A DNA stretch of 64,000 bases from Anaeramoeba ignava BMAN (Eukaryota; Protista; Anaeramoebae), in contig JAPDFW010000073.1 of the NCBI GenBank assembly GCA_028826165.1, forward strand, positions 124,001 through 188,000. The letters are read 5' to 3'. This document shows, in pieces, positions 24,601-37,895 of this stretch (the first letter of the stretch is position 1; every line of letters begins with the position of its first letter). Under the pieces are notes generated by a model that did no database searches, was not told where the DNA came from, and saw only the letters and a program-made list of their open reading frames with translations. Position numbers and translations under genes: made by a program.

Positions 24601-26303
24601 AAACAATAAAATCATGACATATTTCGAGAAGTATCAAAAAAAAGGCAAAGAGAAAGAAATCCAATTTAATTACCACAAATATTATTCAAATCCAGAAATT
24701 GTTTCCTCTTATTTGGTCCGATTGGAGCCATTCACTTCAATTTTCCTGCAAGGAAAGTATGCAATTTTCAAATCAATTCCCGAAACTTGGAAAACAATCA
24801 AAGAATCAAATAACGATTTCATTTTTGGCGAGCTTATTCCCGAATTTTTCCATTTACCCGATTTTCTAAGAAAACCGACCGTATTTAAACAAGAAAACGA
24901 AGCATTCAAACAGATTGCCAATGTTGAACTCCCAAAATGGGCGAAAACACCAGAAGAATTTATCAGGAAGCATAAAGAAGCGCTTGAATCAGAATATGTG
25001 TCACAGCATCTCAACGAATGGATTGATTTGATATTTGGATACAAGCAAAAGGGGGAAGAGGCCAAGAAAGCGTTGAATTTATTTCATCCCAATTTGTATG
25101 AGGAAAATGCCGATTTTTCGGAATTGGAACAGATCAGAAAGGAAATCCAAGCAAAAGGTCAAGTTCCAATCCAATTATTCACCAAAAAGCATCCAAAAAG
25201 ATTATCAAAAAAAGAAATACAGCAAAAATCGTTCCCTTTTTCCTTTTCTCTTTCTCTTTCCTCGTCTGCTGGTTTCCAATGGGGAAACATTTCACTCTCT
25301 GAATCCTTCCATTCAACAAAATTCAAAATTAGCTCAAATCCAATAATATTCATAAATTTCCAAGAAGTTGCAAAAGAAGACGCAACACCAAAATTTCAGC
25401 ATCAAATCACGACAATTGATAAAGAAAGAATCCTGGGAAAGCACGGCTGGGAGTTTCTCAATAAGCCAAACTCCAAAAACAGGTTCTTCAACTTTTATTT
25501 GCACGCAATGACCGAAAAACAAGCCAAAATCGGTGTTTCTTTTTCACAAGATTTCCATAATTTACAGGGAAGTTTCCAAATGGATAAGAATTTGAGATTT
25601 TTGATTTGTTGCGGATTTTGCGATGATACTTTCAAAATATTCGACGCTGAAAATTACAAAATGACTCAAAGCGTCTCAAGACACAAAGATATTGTGAATT
25701 GCTTGGCGATTGATTCCAGATATCTTGTCACTGGCTCAAAAGACACAACTGTAATTGTTTGGGAATTTTCTTTGCGATCAGGAAAAGTGCGACAAGAGCC
25801 CCAAACCGTTTTTTTCGAACATGAAAAAGAAGTCAGAAGTGTCGCCTTATCAGTTGACTACGATATTGTTTTGAGCGGATCTGTTGATGGCAAACTCATT
25901 TTCCATTCCTTAAACAAAGCAAAAGCATGTTCAAACAATCATTCTATCGGATAAACAACCCATTTCGATTATCAAAATAACCAAAGAAGCAAATATCATC
26001 ACATTTTCAGAAAATTCAAAAATCCTGAGGCTGTTTACAATCAATGGTTACTTGATAAAAGAAGAGACTTGTTCTCAGAATATTTATGCAATTTCAATCA
26101 CTCAAGATTCATCCGTTGTCTTTTTAGGTGGAGACAAAGGAATTTTCGAAACTCGCAACTTGTTTGATTTGCAGTTAATTCGTTTTTTTGATTTCAAAGA
26201 AAAAATTTATTCCCTTTCAATTATTGAAAAAGTATTTATAGTTATGATTGGTTTAGGAAATGGACAAATCAAGGTTGGTAATTTTATTGAAAACAAAAAA
26301 TGA
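15689..26303 (+). CDS. Large BEACH-domain protein (neurobeachin/LRBA/Beige-like: ARM-like, ConA/LamG, PH-BEACH-WD40); multi-exon, several apparent frameshifts
   Basis: LamG-like FTFCCWIRIE and GQMGAIYLF; PH (IHKRRYNFKHSSMEIFF); BEACH ([36 protein letters not shown]...ELIPEFF...LNEWIDLIFGYKQKG); WD40 (LVTGSKDTTVIVW). First intron 15845-15934 (GT..AG, phase 0) keeps the frame. Confidence 0.9.
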
Positions 26304-26439
26304 TTCTTTTCCTTTTCCAAAGTTCTTTCAAAATTCTTTCAAAATTTCTTTTCCAAAATTTCTTTTCCAAAATTTCTTTTCCAAAATTTCTTTTTTTGTT
26401 GTTTTTTCTTTCAAAATCTTTTCAAAAAAATAAAGAGAA

Positions 26440-28714
26440 TAAGAATAAATTTATTAATCAATCAAACAATCAATCAAACAATCAATCAATAAAATAATCT
26501 GAAAATTAATCAATCAATCAATCAATCAATTAATCAATAAAATAATCTGAAAATTAATTAATCAATCAATTAATCAATCAATCAATAAATTAATTAATCA
26601 ATCAATTAATTAATCAATCAATCAATAAATCAATCAATAAATTAATCAATCAATTAATAAATCAATCAATTAATAAATCAATCAATCAATAAATAAATCA
26701 CAATCAATCAACAATAATCAATAAATCAAATCACCAATCAAAAATTAATAAATACAAAATAAATCAAATAAATAAATTACCAATAAATAAGCCAATAAAT
26801 CAATAAATTAATCAATAAATTTCACCAAAATAATCAATTGCAAAATAAATCAAATAAATAAATTACCAATAAATAAGCCAATAAATCAATAAATTAATCA
26901 ATAAATTTCACCAAAATAATCAATTGTCAATTGTCAATAAATCAAAAACAATAAAATAAATAAAATGAAACCACAAATCAATAATAAATAATAATTGTCA
27001 ATTGTCAATCAATAATCAATCAATTGGCCAAACCACCAAATTAATTCGAAAATAACCACCACAAATTATCAATAATCACCAATAACAAATAAATACCAAA
27101 TTACAAATACCAAATTCAATAAATAATCAATTAATCAATCCATTAATAATACAAATAATCAAACCAACAACCACAAATTAAACAAATCAATTGGTAATTG
27201 AAAATTGTCCAATAACCAATAATTAATAATTACCAATGGAAATAAATAATTAATGTTTTACCAATACAAATAATTAATCCAATAACAAAAATTAACAACC
27301 AATAATTCAATCAACCACCATCAATTGTCCAATAAATAATGTCAATTACATAATCAATAACAAATCGGTAATTACTAATAAATACAATTGTCAATAACAA
27401 ATAAATCAATTGGTAATTAATAAATCCAATCACCAATTGGTAATTACCAATCCAATAAATCAACCACCATAATAATAATCAATTGTCCAAATAAAATACA
27501 CAAATCAATTCAATTAAAATAAAAATTCAATCAATCAATAAATTCAAAATTCCAATCAACCAATTACAAATGTCAAATAAACCACAATAAATCAATTAAG
27601 TAATTGTCAAATAAATTTACCACAAATTGTAATCAAAATCAAAAATAACAAACCACCAATTAATAATCAATAAATCAACAAAAATCAATAAATAACAAAC
27701 AACAAACCACCAAATCAATTTAAATAAATGAAGAAATTTCACCATAATTACCAATAAATAACCAAATTATGATAAATAAAATTACCAAAATTCATCAAAT
27801 TAATACCAAATCAATACAAATTGGTCAATAAATAAAAATACCCCAAATAATAAATTACAAATCAAATCAATTAATAATTACAATACAATAAACTAATCAA
27901 TCAATCACAAATCATTCAATAAATCAATCAATGTCAATCACCAATAAATAATTAATCAAAAATAAAATCACCAATAAACAAACCAAATCAAATATGTAAT
28001 TGATAATCAATTAAATGCAAAATAATAATCAATTATCAATTAAATCCAATATTTAATAAAAAATTACCAATAAACCAAACCAATCAATCATAATCAAATT
28101 GTCCATAAATAACCACCAATAATACAAATAATAAATTACCAAATAATCAATCAATAAATCAATAAATAAATCCAAAAATACAAATAAATCACCAAATAAA
28201 TTTTGAAAATACCAACCAATTAATTAATAACCAAATGCGAAAATAATAATAATAATAATCAATTGTTAATGGTCAATGAAATAATCGGTAACCAAAATGT
28301 CAATAAATAAATAAATTTGGCCAATAATAAACCAATAATAATTAATAAATTGTAATTGTAAATCCCAAAACCAAATACCAATAAACAAGCCCAAATTGTA
28401 ATTGTCAGTAATTGTCAACAAACCACAAATTGAAATAACCACAAATAATAAATAAATACCAAATAAATGAAATCAATAAATCACCAATCACCAATAAATA
28501 AAATCAACCAAATCACCAATCAATAAATTAATTGGTCAATAAATCCAATAAATAATAATAAATCAATCAACAAATCAACCACAATAATTAATCACCAAAT
28601 AAATAAATACAAATCAATAATTCAATAAATCAAATCAATCAATAAAATAAATCAAACCAACAAATCAATAAATCAATCAATCACAAATAATCACAATCAA
28701 TCAAATCCAAAATT

Positions 28715-28765
<51 letters not shown>

Positions 28766-28930
28766 AAAAATCAAATCAATAAATTAATCAATCAATTAAT
28801 AAATTAATCAATCAATCAATCAATTAATCAATTAATTAATTAATTAATCAATTAATCAATCAATCAATCAATTAATCAATCAATTAATTAATCAATCAAT
28901 AAATTAATCAATTAATTAATCAATAAATCA
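26440..28930. repeat. AAT(C/A/T) tetranucleotide-derived low-complexity array with a scrambled core
   Basis: Ordered aatc/aata/aatt runs at both ends and a degenerate, nearly G-free core. Contains an exact 86-bp tandem duplication (26755-26840 / 26841-26926). Confidence 0.9.
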
Positions 28931-29140
28931 TTACAGAAAAGGGATTTCTTTCAGATCACAATTTAGATTTCAACACTTGTTATTCGTTTGATTTATCAAG
29001 GATTCTCAAGCAAACTCTTTATTCCTTCATTCACCTTCGTCAATAAAATTGTTTTTTTACTTGAAAAAATTAATCGTTACTTCTTTCTCAATTTTATTTT
29101 CACAAACAAAAAAATTTATTTTTCCTTTTTTTCATTCAGT

Positions 29141-31257
29141 ATGAATTCATATTTCACTCAATTATTTTTTTCAGAAAATGAAATATTGTCTAAAATTCAT
29201 CAAAATAAAATTCAAAACAAAGAAACAGAAGCAATACAGCTCGAAAACAATTTTTCTAAATTAGAAAACAAATTCAATTTTTTCTCAGAAGGTTACAAAA
29301 GTTTACGTCAACAAATACTTGATTATATGGAAGAATTTGAAAAGTTGAATCAAAATCTTCACGGAATTGATGGTTCGATTATTCTCAAAAGGTTAATAAA
29401 AAAACTGAATTTTTTTATTGATTCATTTATTACAGCAATCCCAAAATTATTCCCTTTGGATGAAAAGAATTCTATTTATGCAAATTGCCAACCAAAGTAA
29501 GTGATAAAACTTTTCTCATGATTCAGAAAATGATTCTAATACTTATTCTAATACTTCCATTTACAAGAAATTCATTTGTAATAAAACAATCACAATTAGG
29601 TGATAACTTGGAATCTTTATCCAACTTTTCTGCACAAAATCATGAATCAAAAACCGATACGATCAATCAAAAAATTCTTGAATTAATTCAAAACCTTTCC
29701 AATTTTCTTAAAGAAGGAAGAAAAAATTCAACTTTCTTTCATATAGAACAAAATGATTCATTCAAAAAACTCCAAGAAAGACAAAATCCTTTAAAAGAAA
29801 AAATCCTAAATTTTAGAGACAGAGCATCCCACTTGATCCTTCAATTTCAAGAATTTACCGATGATAAACCAGATGAAGAAGTGACTCTAGAAATTAATCA
29901 ATTAAGACAATTAGCAACTATGAGAATCTCAACGTTTAGATCAGAGTCAGTTTTAGATAACCTCCAACAAAAAATGGAGAAATTCAAAACATTTCCCCAA
30001 GTTGATACTCTAATTGAAAAACTTGATTCACTTTCAACATCCCTCCAAAAAATACTTCAATCAATTGAGTTTTCCTCAAAAAATGTTTTCAACACTGTAT
30101 CAAAAGGAAACTCCAGTATTTCATTTGAATTTGCTCTTTTCACGCAATGCTTTGATTTTCTCAATTCATCAATTACCAATTTTGATTCACATTCTTCAAT
30201 TAAAAATGACTTTTTGATTCAATTATTACTTGGATTTTTGAAATTTCTTGATTTGATTCTTGATCTTCTTTTAGAAATCTCCTCCATCTCTTTCAACACT
30301 TCTTTTCATCAAAATCAAGCGCAATCGAAAACCAACCAAATTCACTCTAAAGATATTGAAGAAAAAAATTCAAAAAAAGAAAAAACAAGTGAAAATGATC
30401 CAAATCAAACAGTTGATTTTTTTCTTAATCAAATTTCTCAACTTTCTTTAAATTTCAATGAAACGAAACAATCCGAACAAAAAAATTGTTTTGTGAAAAT
30501 TGGTGTATTAAATGCTGGAAGATTGGAATCAAATAAAATCAATCAAATTTTGTCTCATCTTGTCAAAAATTATGAGATTGATATTTTAATGATCCAAAAT
30601 TTAGATTCAAATTCTGTTGTGCAAATTAGAAATTTTGATACTTTTGGGAATTCAGAGTTGTCACACCAACAAATCAATATTAAAGAAATTGACTTGAATC
30701 CTCAATCCAGAAAAAAAGATCTTTCTTTTTTCATTTCTTCAAGTCTCATGAATCATTTTAAACTTATTGATCTTTCAGAATATATTCAAAGAGGATATTT
30801 CCCAAGACAAATTAAGAACGATCAATTTCGTTATCATTTTGGGGTTATTGAAATAGGTGACCTAATAGTGATAAACTTTTTATCCACTTGTTACTCTCAA
30901 ACAAAGCTTTTGATTAATTTTTGTGCAGTTTTAGAGAAATTATTTCCTCAAAAACAGATTGTTATTGGAGGATCTTTTCATTCTTCCATCAAGAATATCT
31001 CATCTTTATTTTCAACAAAATCTCCTAAATCTCATTTCAGACCTATACCAAATTTAATTAAGAAATCGCATTTCATTGATTCATTCCCTTTTTTTCAATA
31101 TTTCTTGACAAATTATTCAAACCATCTTTCTTTTTCAAGATCTCCTTTTGTTTTTGGTGATGAAGCTGATTTTTCCAATCTTCATGTTTCATCTCTTAAA
31201 ATTCTCAATTCTTCACTTTTGTTGAACGTTTTTCAATTTGGCATACATTCAAATTAA
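29141..31257 (+). CDS. Coiled-coil protein with a C-terminal degenerate exonuclease-endonuclease-phosphatase (APE-like) domain; one intron 29497-29567
   Basis: AA|GTAAGT...TTCTAAT...ACAAG|A joins the two track ORFs in frame (phase 2). C-terminal KIGVLNAGRL...IDILMIQN and IVIGGSFH match EEP motifs (N, DI..QE, GGDFN) with catalytic substitutions. Confidence 0.65.
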
Positions 31258-31314
31258 TTAAATAATTCTCATAAAAACAATCTAATCCTTGTCTTTTTCT
31301 TTTTTAAAATCTTA

Positions 31315-31391
31315 AAATCAATAAATAAATTAATTAAAATCAATCAATCAATCAATCAATTAATTAATTAATCAATAAATAAATAAATTAA

Positions 31392-31476
<85 letters not shown>

Positions 31477-31498
31477 TCAATCAATTAATCAATCAATT

Positions 31499-31537
<39 letters not shown>

Positions 31538-33048
31538 TAATCAATCAATCAATCAATTAATCAATAAATCAATCAATCAATCAATTAAATCAATCAATTA
31601 ATCAATTAATAAATCAATCAATCAATCAATAAATCACCATAAATCAATAAATAATCCAATAAATAATGGCCAAATAAAATACTAATAAATAAAACAAATA
31701 ATAAATGAAATCAATAATAAATAAATCAACAAATCACCAAATCAATCAATCAAATAATCAATCAAAAATCTCCAACCAATTGTAAATCACCAAAAAAATT
31801 ACAAATAATAAATAATACAAATAAATCAACAATCAATAATAATAAATAAATGGTAATCAGTAATAAATTAAATCACTAATAAATTACAAAAATAAATACA
31901 AATTGGCCAAATCAATGGCCAAATGGCAAAAACCAAATAAATCAATGTACAAATGTAAATTCAAATAATTGTAAATCAATAATAAATTGTCCAATAATAA
32001 ACAAATCAATTAAATCAACAAATAAATCAAATAATAATCAATAAAATTCACAATCAATTAATAAATTGGAAAATTAATTCAATTAAATTGAATTAATCAA
32101 TCAATTTGAAATTGGTAATTGTACCACCAAATAAATAAATATTGTAATACAAATCAGTCAACAATAAATCAATTAATCAACAAATAAACTAAAATAACAA
32201 AATTACCAATAAACAAATTCAACCATCAAAATCACCAATTGGCCATAAAAAATAATAAATTACCAATTACAATCAAATCAACCAATAATCAATTAATCAA
32301 TTAATCAATAATGGTAAATCATCAATCAATCAATCAATAAAATCAAATCAATTAAATCACAAATAATTGGCCAAATACAAATACCAATTAAATCAATCAC
32401 AAATTGTCAGCCAATAAAATGGTAACAAATCAATCATCAATTGTAATCAATCACCAATTCAATCAATCAATAAATCAATCAAATAAATCACCAAATCAAT
32501 AAATTAATCAACAAAATATCAATCACCAAAAACCACAAATTAATATTGTCACAAATCAATCAACCACAATAATAATTGTCAATTAATCAATTGTCCAATT
32601 AATCAATCAATCAATTAATAAAAATCAATTAATCAATAAATCAATTGTCATAAATAATAAATCAATCAATCAAATAAATAATTAATACAATTAATTGTAA
32701 TAAATCAATAATCAATCAATAAAATAAATTAATCATAAATAAATAAATTAATAAATAAATAAATTAATATCAATGTCAATAATCAATTCAATCAATCAAT
32801 CAATCATCAAATCAATAATCAATCAATAAAATAATTGTCAATTTCAATAAATAATTAATCAATCAATCAATCAATTAATAAATTAATAAATAAATAAATA
32901 AATAAATAAATTAATAAATCAATAAATCAATCAATCAATTAATCAATCAATCAATCAATAAATAAATCAATAAATCAATCAATAAATAAATCAATAAATC
33001 AATCAATCAATCAATCAATCAATTAATCAATCAATCAATCAATAAATT
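31315..33048. repeat. Second AAT(C/A/T) array with a scrambled core
   Basis: Same architecture and same strand polarity as 26440-28930. Confidence 0.9.
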
Positions 33049-33141
33049 AGAAACAAATTCAAAAATATTTTTTTCATTTTTCATTTTTCATTTTTTTTCA
33101 TTTTTTTTCATTTTTTTCATTTTTTTTCATTTGATTTTTAA

Positions 33142-36100
33142 ATGAATTTTTTTTCTTCATCACAACCAAAAAACCAAACAAGAAACAGCCCAAACCGCAA
33201 AAGAAAAACAGATCCAAATCAAAAGAAACCAGATTTAAGCGAAAAAAAAGAAAATGGATTTACACCATTAGAAACATCATTTAGAAAGCAAACTGAAATT
33301 CAAAACACATTTCAAAGTTTAAAAACAAAGATGAACAACATAAAAGGAAAAATATCTTTTTTAAATTTAAATCTCAACTCGTTTAAACAATAAAGAAGAA
33401 GAAGTTAAAAAATCGACGCTTGAAATTCAAGCACAAATCAACACATTGAATTTTCTTGAAGAAGAAACAGAAACACGGACAAGAAATGTTGAACGAAACA
33501 TCACGGAATCTGAAGAGAAAATCAATCAAAACACAAAAGCACTTTTGGAATTGGAATCATCATTGAAAATATTAACTGTTTATGCTTTTCAAAATGAAAT
33601 CAAAATTCCAACACAAAATGTTCGGTCTCAAGAACTTAACGGCCAAATTGAGGCCTTAACACAAAATTATGAGAAAGTTCTGCAACTGAATTCTAATCTC
33701 GAAACAATCCGTGATCTCAATAGACATGCTCTTGGCGTACTTATGCAAAAAAAATCGATTTTGGATTCAAAGAAAAGGGTTATTCTTGAACATAAAAGAA
33801 GTTTAGAAATCATTCTTAACGACATTAAACATCAGAAGGATATGGCTATTCAAAAAATGGAGCATTTCAGGAAAAAATTGGATGTCAAACAACAACTTAT
33901 TGATCGTCTTGAATATCCTATTTATCAATTATCACCAAGTTTGTCTATTCATCCAATTTATCCAAATCAAAATGAAAATCAAAATGAAAATCATTTGGAA
34001 AATCAAAATTTGATTTTGGAAAATTCTCAAATGAAAATAGAGGAAAATATCCAACAACAATCTCAAAATAAAATAAAACTTCAAGACCCAAATTTAGACT
34101 TCGTTTTAGATAATTTAAAACAAGACGAATTGCAAAAAGAAAATTTGCAAAAAGAAGATTTAAAACAAGAAATTTTAAAAAATGATTTAGAAAAAATCAC
34201 ACCTAAAAATTCAAATACAATAAATACTCAAAAAAGAACTTCTCCAAAAGTTTCTCCCAAAATAATTCCAACATCAAAATCTTTTAATAAAACAAATAAC
34301 GGAGACAAAAAAACAACAGCATTTAAGGATCCGCAACCAACTCATCGAGTGTCTCCCAATCGAAATTATTATTATCATCCACAACAAAATGATTCAGAAT
34401 GGCAACGCCAACAACTTGAAATTATCAAGAAAAGAAAGCTTTTAAAACAAAAGAAAATCGAGAAACTGTTATTGATTCAACAAAAGAAAAACCAGAAAAA
34501 AAGATATAAAACACAAAAAAATAAGGAGCATCAAAGTTATTATTTAAGTCCTTTATTATGTTTCGGGATCTACAAATACCACCCAAATTTCCAGCAAATA
34601 TTCCAATTTTCCATTTCTTCTCCATTTGTAAATCACAGTTTAAATCCTTTTTCCAAATTATGTAACAATGATTTAATATCAAGTTGCACTTTTTCTGATT
34701 GTCAAAATTTTCATTTGTCTCGATCTTTAATTTCAAACGCAGTAGTTTTCAATAATATCAAAGAATTTTTCCAGAACAAAGTTCCACAAGAACAACTTGA
34801 GGAATTTGATGGTTTATTTAAGAAAAATGCCCAATTCGAAGATCCGCAATTTGAAGCAGATTTTTTAAGTTCTCAAATTTTGAAAATTTTTCCCAAATTC
34901 GATTCTGAAAATATTTTGTTTGGAGAAAATCCGCCCACTTTTCAAATCGATCAATACGCAATCGAAATGGTGGATTCTTTACTTCAATTAAAACAGGATG
35001 AAGATCAAATTTCTTGTGTGGTTGAGCCACTTTCTGAAGATGAATTTTTTGAAAATGCTTTGAGAAATGATTTTTCAATTGAAAATTACGAACGTTATTT
35101 CCAAAAATTACCTGTTTTGTATGCAAATCTTTTTGAGGCAGTTTCTCGGATTCCGAAGAATCTGAATCCAGAAGCGCACGAAGATACAAGCTCTTTAAAT
35201 GATGCCTTGGTTGTTTTAGGGAATCTTTTAGTTGAGAATCATGATGATTGCATTGTTTGGTTTACTTTTCTGAAAATTTTTTCTCAAGTTGGATCGCAAG
35301 TTCAATTGCGATCTCTTTTTGAAAATGGATTGAATCAATTTCCTATTTGTGGAGCAATTCTGAAATTGCATGCTGATGTGCAAAGGATCTATTGCAAGAA
35401 GAGGGATGCATATTCTTTAGCTGTGAACAATTACATTCAATATTTAGTCGATTTTGAATCTTCTTCAAATCCAATATCAAATGATGAAAATGAAGATCAA
35501 ATGAATTTGCAAACAAATAACGAAATTCAAATGGAATATTCATCTAACGAAGAGAATTTCGAAACAGAATCCCCAATTTTAAACTCAGATTTTAATACTA
35601 ATAATATTCTGGAAAACGAATTTCAAGAAGAAATTAATGATGTCAAAGAAAGTCCCATTTCTTTGGCAAAAAAATCTTTATCCGAACCTGATTTGAATCT
35701 TTCAAACGATAATTTACTAACCGACGAAATGATCATCTCCAAGCTCTCTGAAGAACCACCAGTGGAAAATATTGAAATTGAAGCACTTTTTATGGAAGAC
35801 AGACAAACAATGGAATCTAATTTGACAATCTTTTTATTAAATATTCTTCAATTACAAGCCGATTCTCACCATGCTAATGAAGCTTTAGAAACTTTAAAAG
35901 AATTCTGGAAAGTTCAAGCTAGTGATTCTGTGATTCAAAATCCTTCAATAATTGTTTCTTTAGCTATTATCAATATTCATCTTTTGATTTTTGATATTTT
36001 TTCTGAACAAGAACAAGAAAAGTATAAAATTTCCATTTTGCAAAATGCGTTTGCTTTAGATTATGAAGATCCTTATTTTAATTTTTCAAATATTCCATCT

Positions 36101-37778
36101 TCTCGATTTAGTGTTCAAGTCACAAACAATTTAAACAACTTTTTCGAGCAAATTCGAACTGCAATTTTCCCACAATTACCTTCTGATTATCATATCCCAA
36201 TTCTATCATATTATTTCCAAATCCAATTCATAGTAAACGCCAAAGATAAAGACAAACTCATCCAAGAATTATTTACTCTAATTGATTCTCATCAAAATTC
36301 CCCTCAAGTTTTTTTCTTTTTGAAAGTTTTAATGAGAAGTCTCAATCTTTTTGATCCAACTGATTTGGAAATTTTCCATCATTTTTCAACTTTATTTTCA
36401 ACAAACCAATCAATATTCCATTTTATTACCCAAGAAATTTTATTCAAAATTAGTTCTTTATTTTTTTCTGGAATTAATTTTCAAAAATCTCAACAAATGA
36501 TGAATATTTTATCAAAATTTTTTGGGAATTATGGAAGAAATTCACTTCAATTTAAATTAGAAAAAGAAAAAGAACAAGAAAAAGAAAAAGAAAAGAAAAT
36601 TCAAAATCAAATTGATAATATTGAATTTTTTATTGAATCTTCACTTAAAAATTTTATGATTTCCTATTATTCAAATATTTTATTTATTCCAAATTCTCAA
36701 CAAAAATATTCAATTAATAATATAAATAATAATAATAATAATATAAATAATAATAATAATATGAATATTGAAGAAAATAATTTAGATTTAAATAGCAAAA
36801 TTGCAAACACTTCTGATCCATATTTAATATTAAATTATATTACATTTATTCTTCTTTGTAAAGATGAATATAATATTGCTTCCATTTTTAATAATATTTG
36901 TGATTTATTTGAATTATCTTTATTGAAGATTATCAAAATAAATCAAAGAAAGATGATTTATTATAAATATTTACAATTTTTATCAAGTTTTATGATTACA
37001 AAAAATGATCCCAATTTTAAAAATCATCAACAAGGAAATGAATTTTATTTTCTTCTTTATTTAAATGCAGAAAAGGAAAGTTTTTTCAATAAGGAATTTA
37101 TCAAAAAAAATCAAATTGAAAGCAAAATTATCAATATTTCAGAAAAAGCATTTTTGGAATTTAATATTTATCAAAAAATAATACCAGATTTCATTCCTTT
37201 TCCAAATTCTTATAATTGGCAAGAATTTTGGAAGAGAATTCAAGAATGGGAATTTTTTCGAATGAAAAAAGTACCCGAATATCATTTTCAGGAAAAAATA
37301 TTTTCATTTTTGCCAATTAAATCAGCATGCAAAATATTAGAAGAATTAATTGATGTGAAAAAGCATGAAATATTTTATTCTATTAAATTTTCACAATTTC
37401 AAAATTTTATTGGAAATAAATTTGGAGGATTAAAAACATTAACAATTGCAGTTAAAAATAATCCAGAATCAGTTATTTTATGGAAGGAGTCCGTATTACA
37501 AAAACAATATTAATTTTTAATATAATTTTTTATTATAAATTTTAATTTAATTTTTTAATTTAATTTTTTAATTTAATTTTTTAATCAGAATTCTTAATTT
37601 AGTTTGTCATTCTGAAAATTTAATTGAAATTCGTAAAATTTTTGAAAGAGCTCTTCTTTATCATCCAGAAAATTATTCTCTTTGGAAAAAGTTTTTAGAA
37701 TTTGAAACTATTCATAAAGATTCAGATAAAATTCAAAAGGTAATTGATACTGCTTTACTTATTGGAATTCCACTTTAA
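33142..37778 (+). CDS. ZFC3H1/Red1-like protein (coiled coil, C3H1 zinc finger, HAT repeats; nuclear exosome adaptor)
   Basis: SPLLCFGIYKYHPNF...LCNNDLISSCTFSDCQNFH matches the recalled zf-C3H1 context of ZFC3H1. Intron 37489-37588 leads to a final exon IRKIFERALLYHPENYSLWKKFLEFE (HAT). First intron ends at AG 33395. Confidence 0.7.
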
Positions 37779-37895
37779 TTTAAAAGGCAAAAATTTAATT
37801 CTTTTTTTTTTCTTTTTCTTTTAAAAAATTTTTAAATAAAAATTAAATAAAATTTTTTTCATTTTTTTCCTTTTTTTTTAAATCAAAAAAAAAAA

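Noticed and set aside
26440-33048. AATC arrays as telomeric repeats or as coding sequence under an alternative genetic code
   Set aside because: They are internal, not a G-rich telomere unit, and full of stops; neighbouring genes use TAA/TGA as normal stops.
33317-33395. Possible non-canonical GA donor at 33347 in the ZFC3H1-like gene
   Set aside because: A canonical GT at 33317 gives the same phase, and a dropped base could also explain it.
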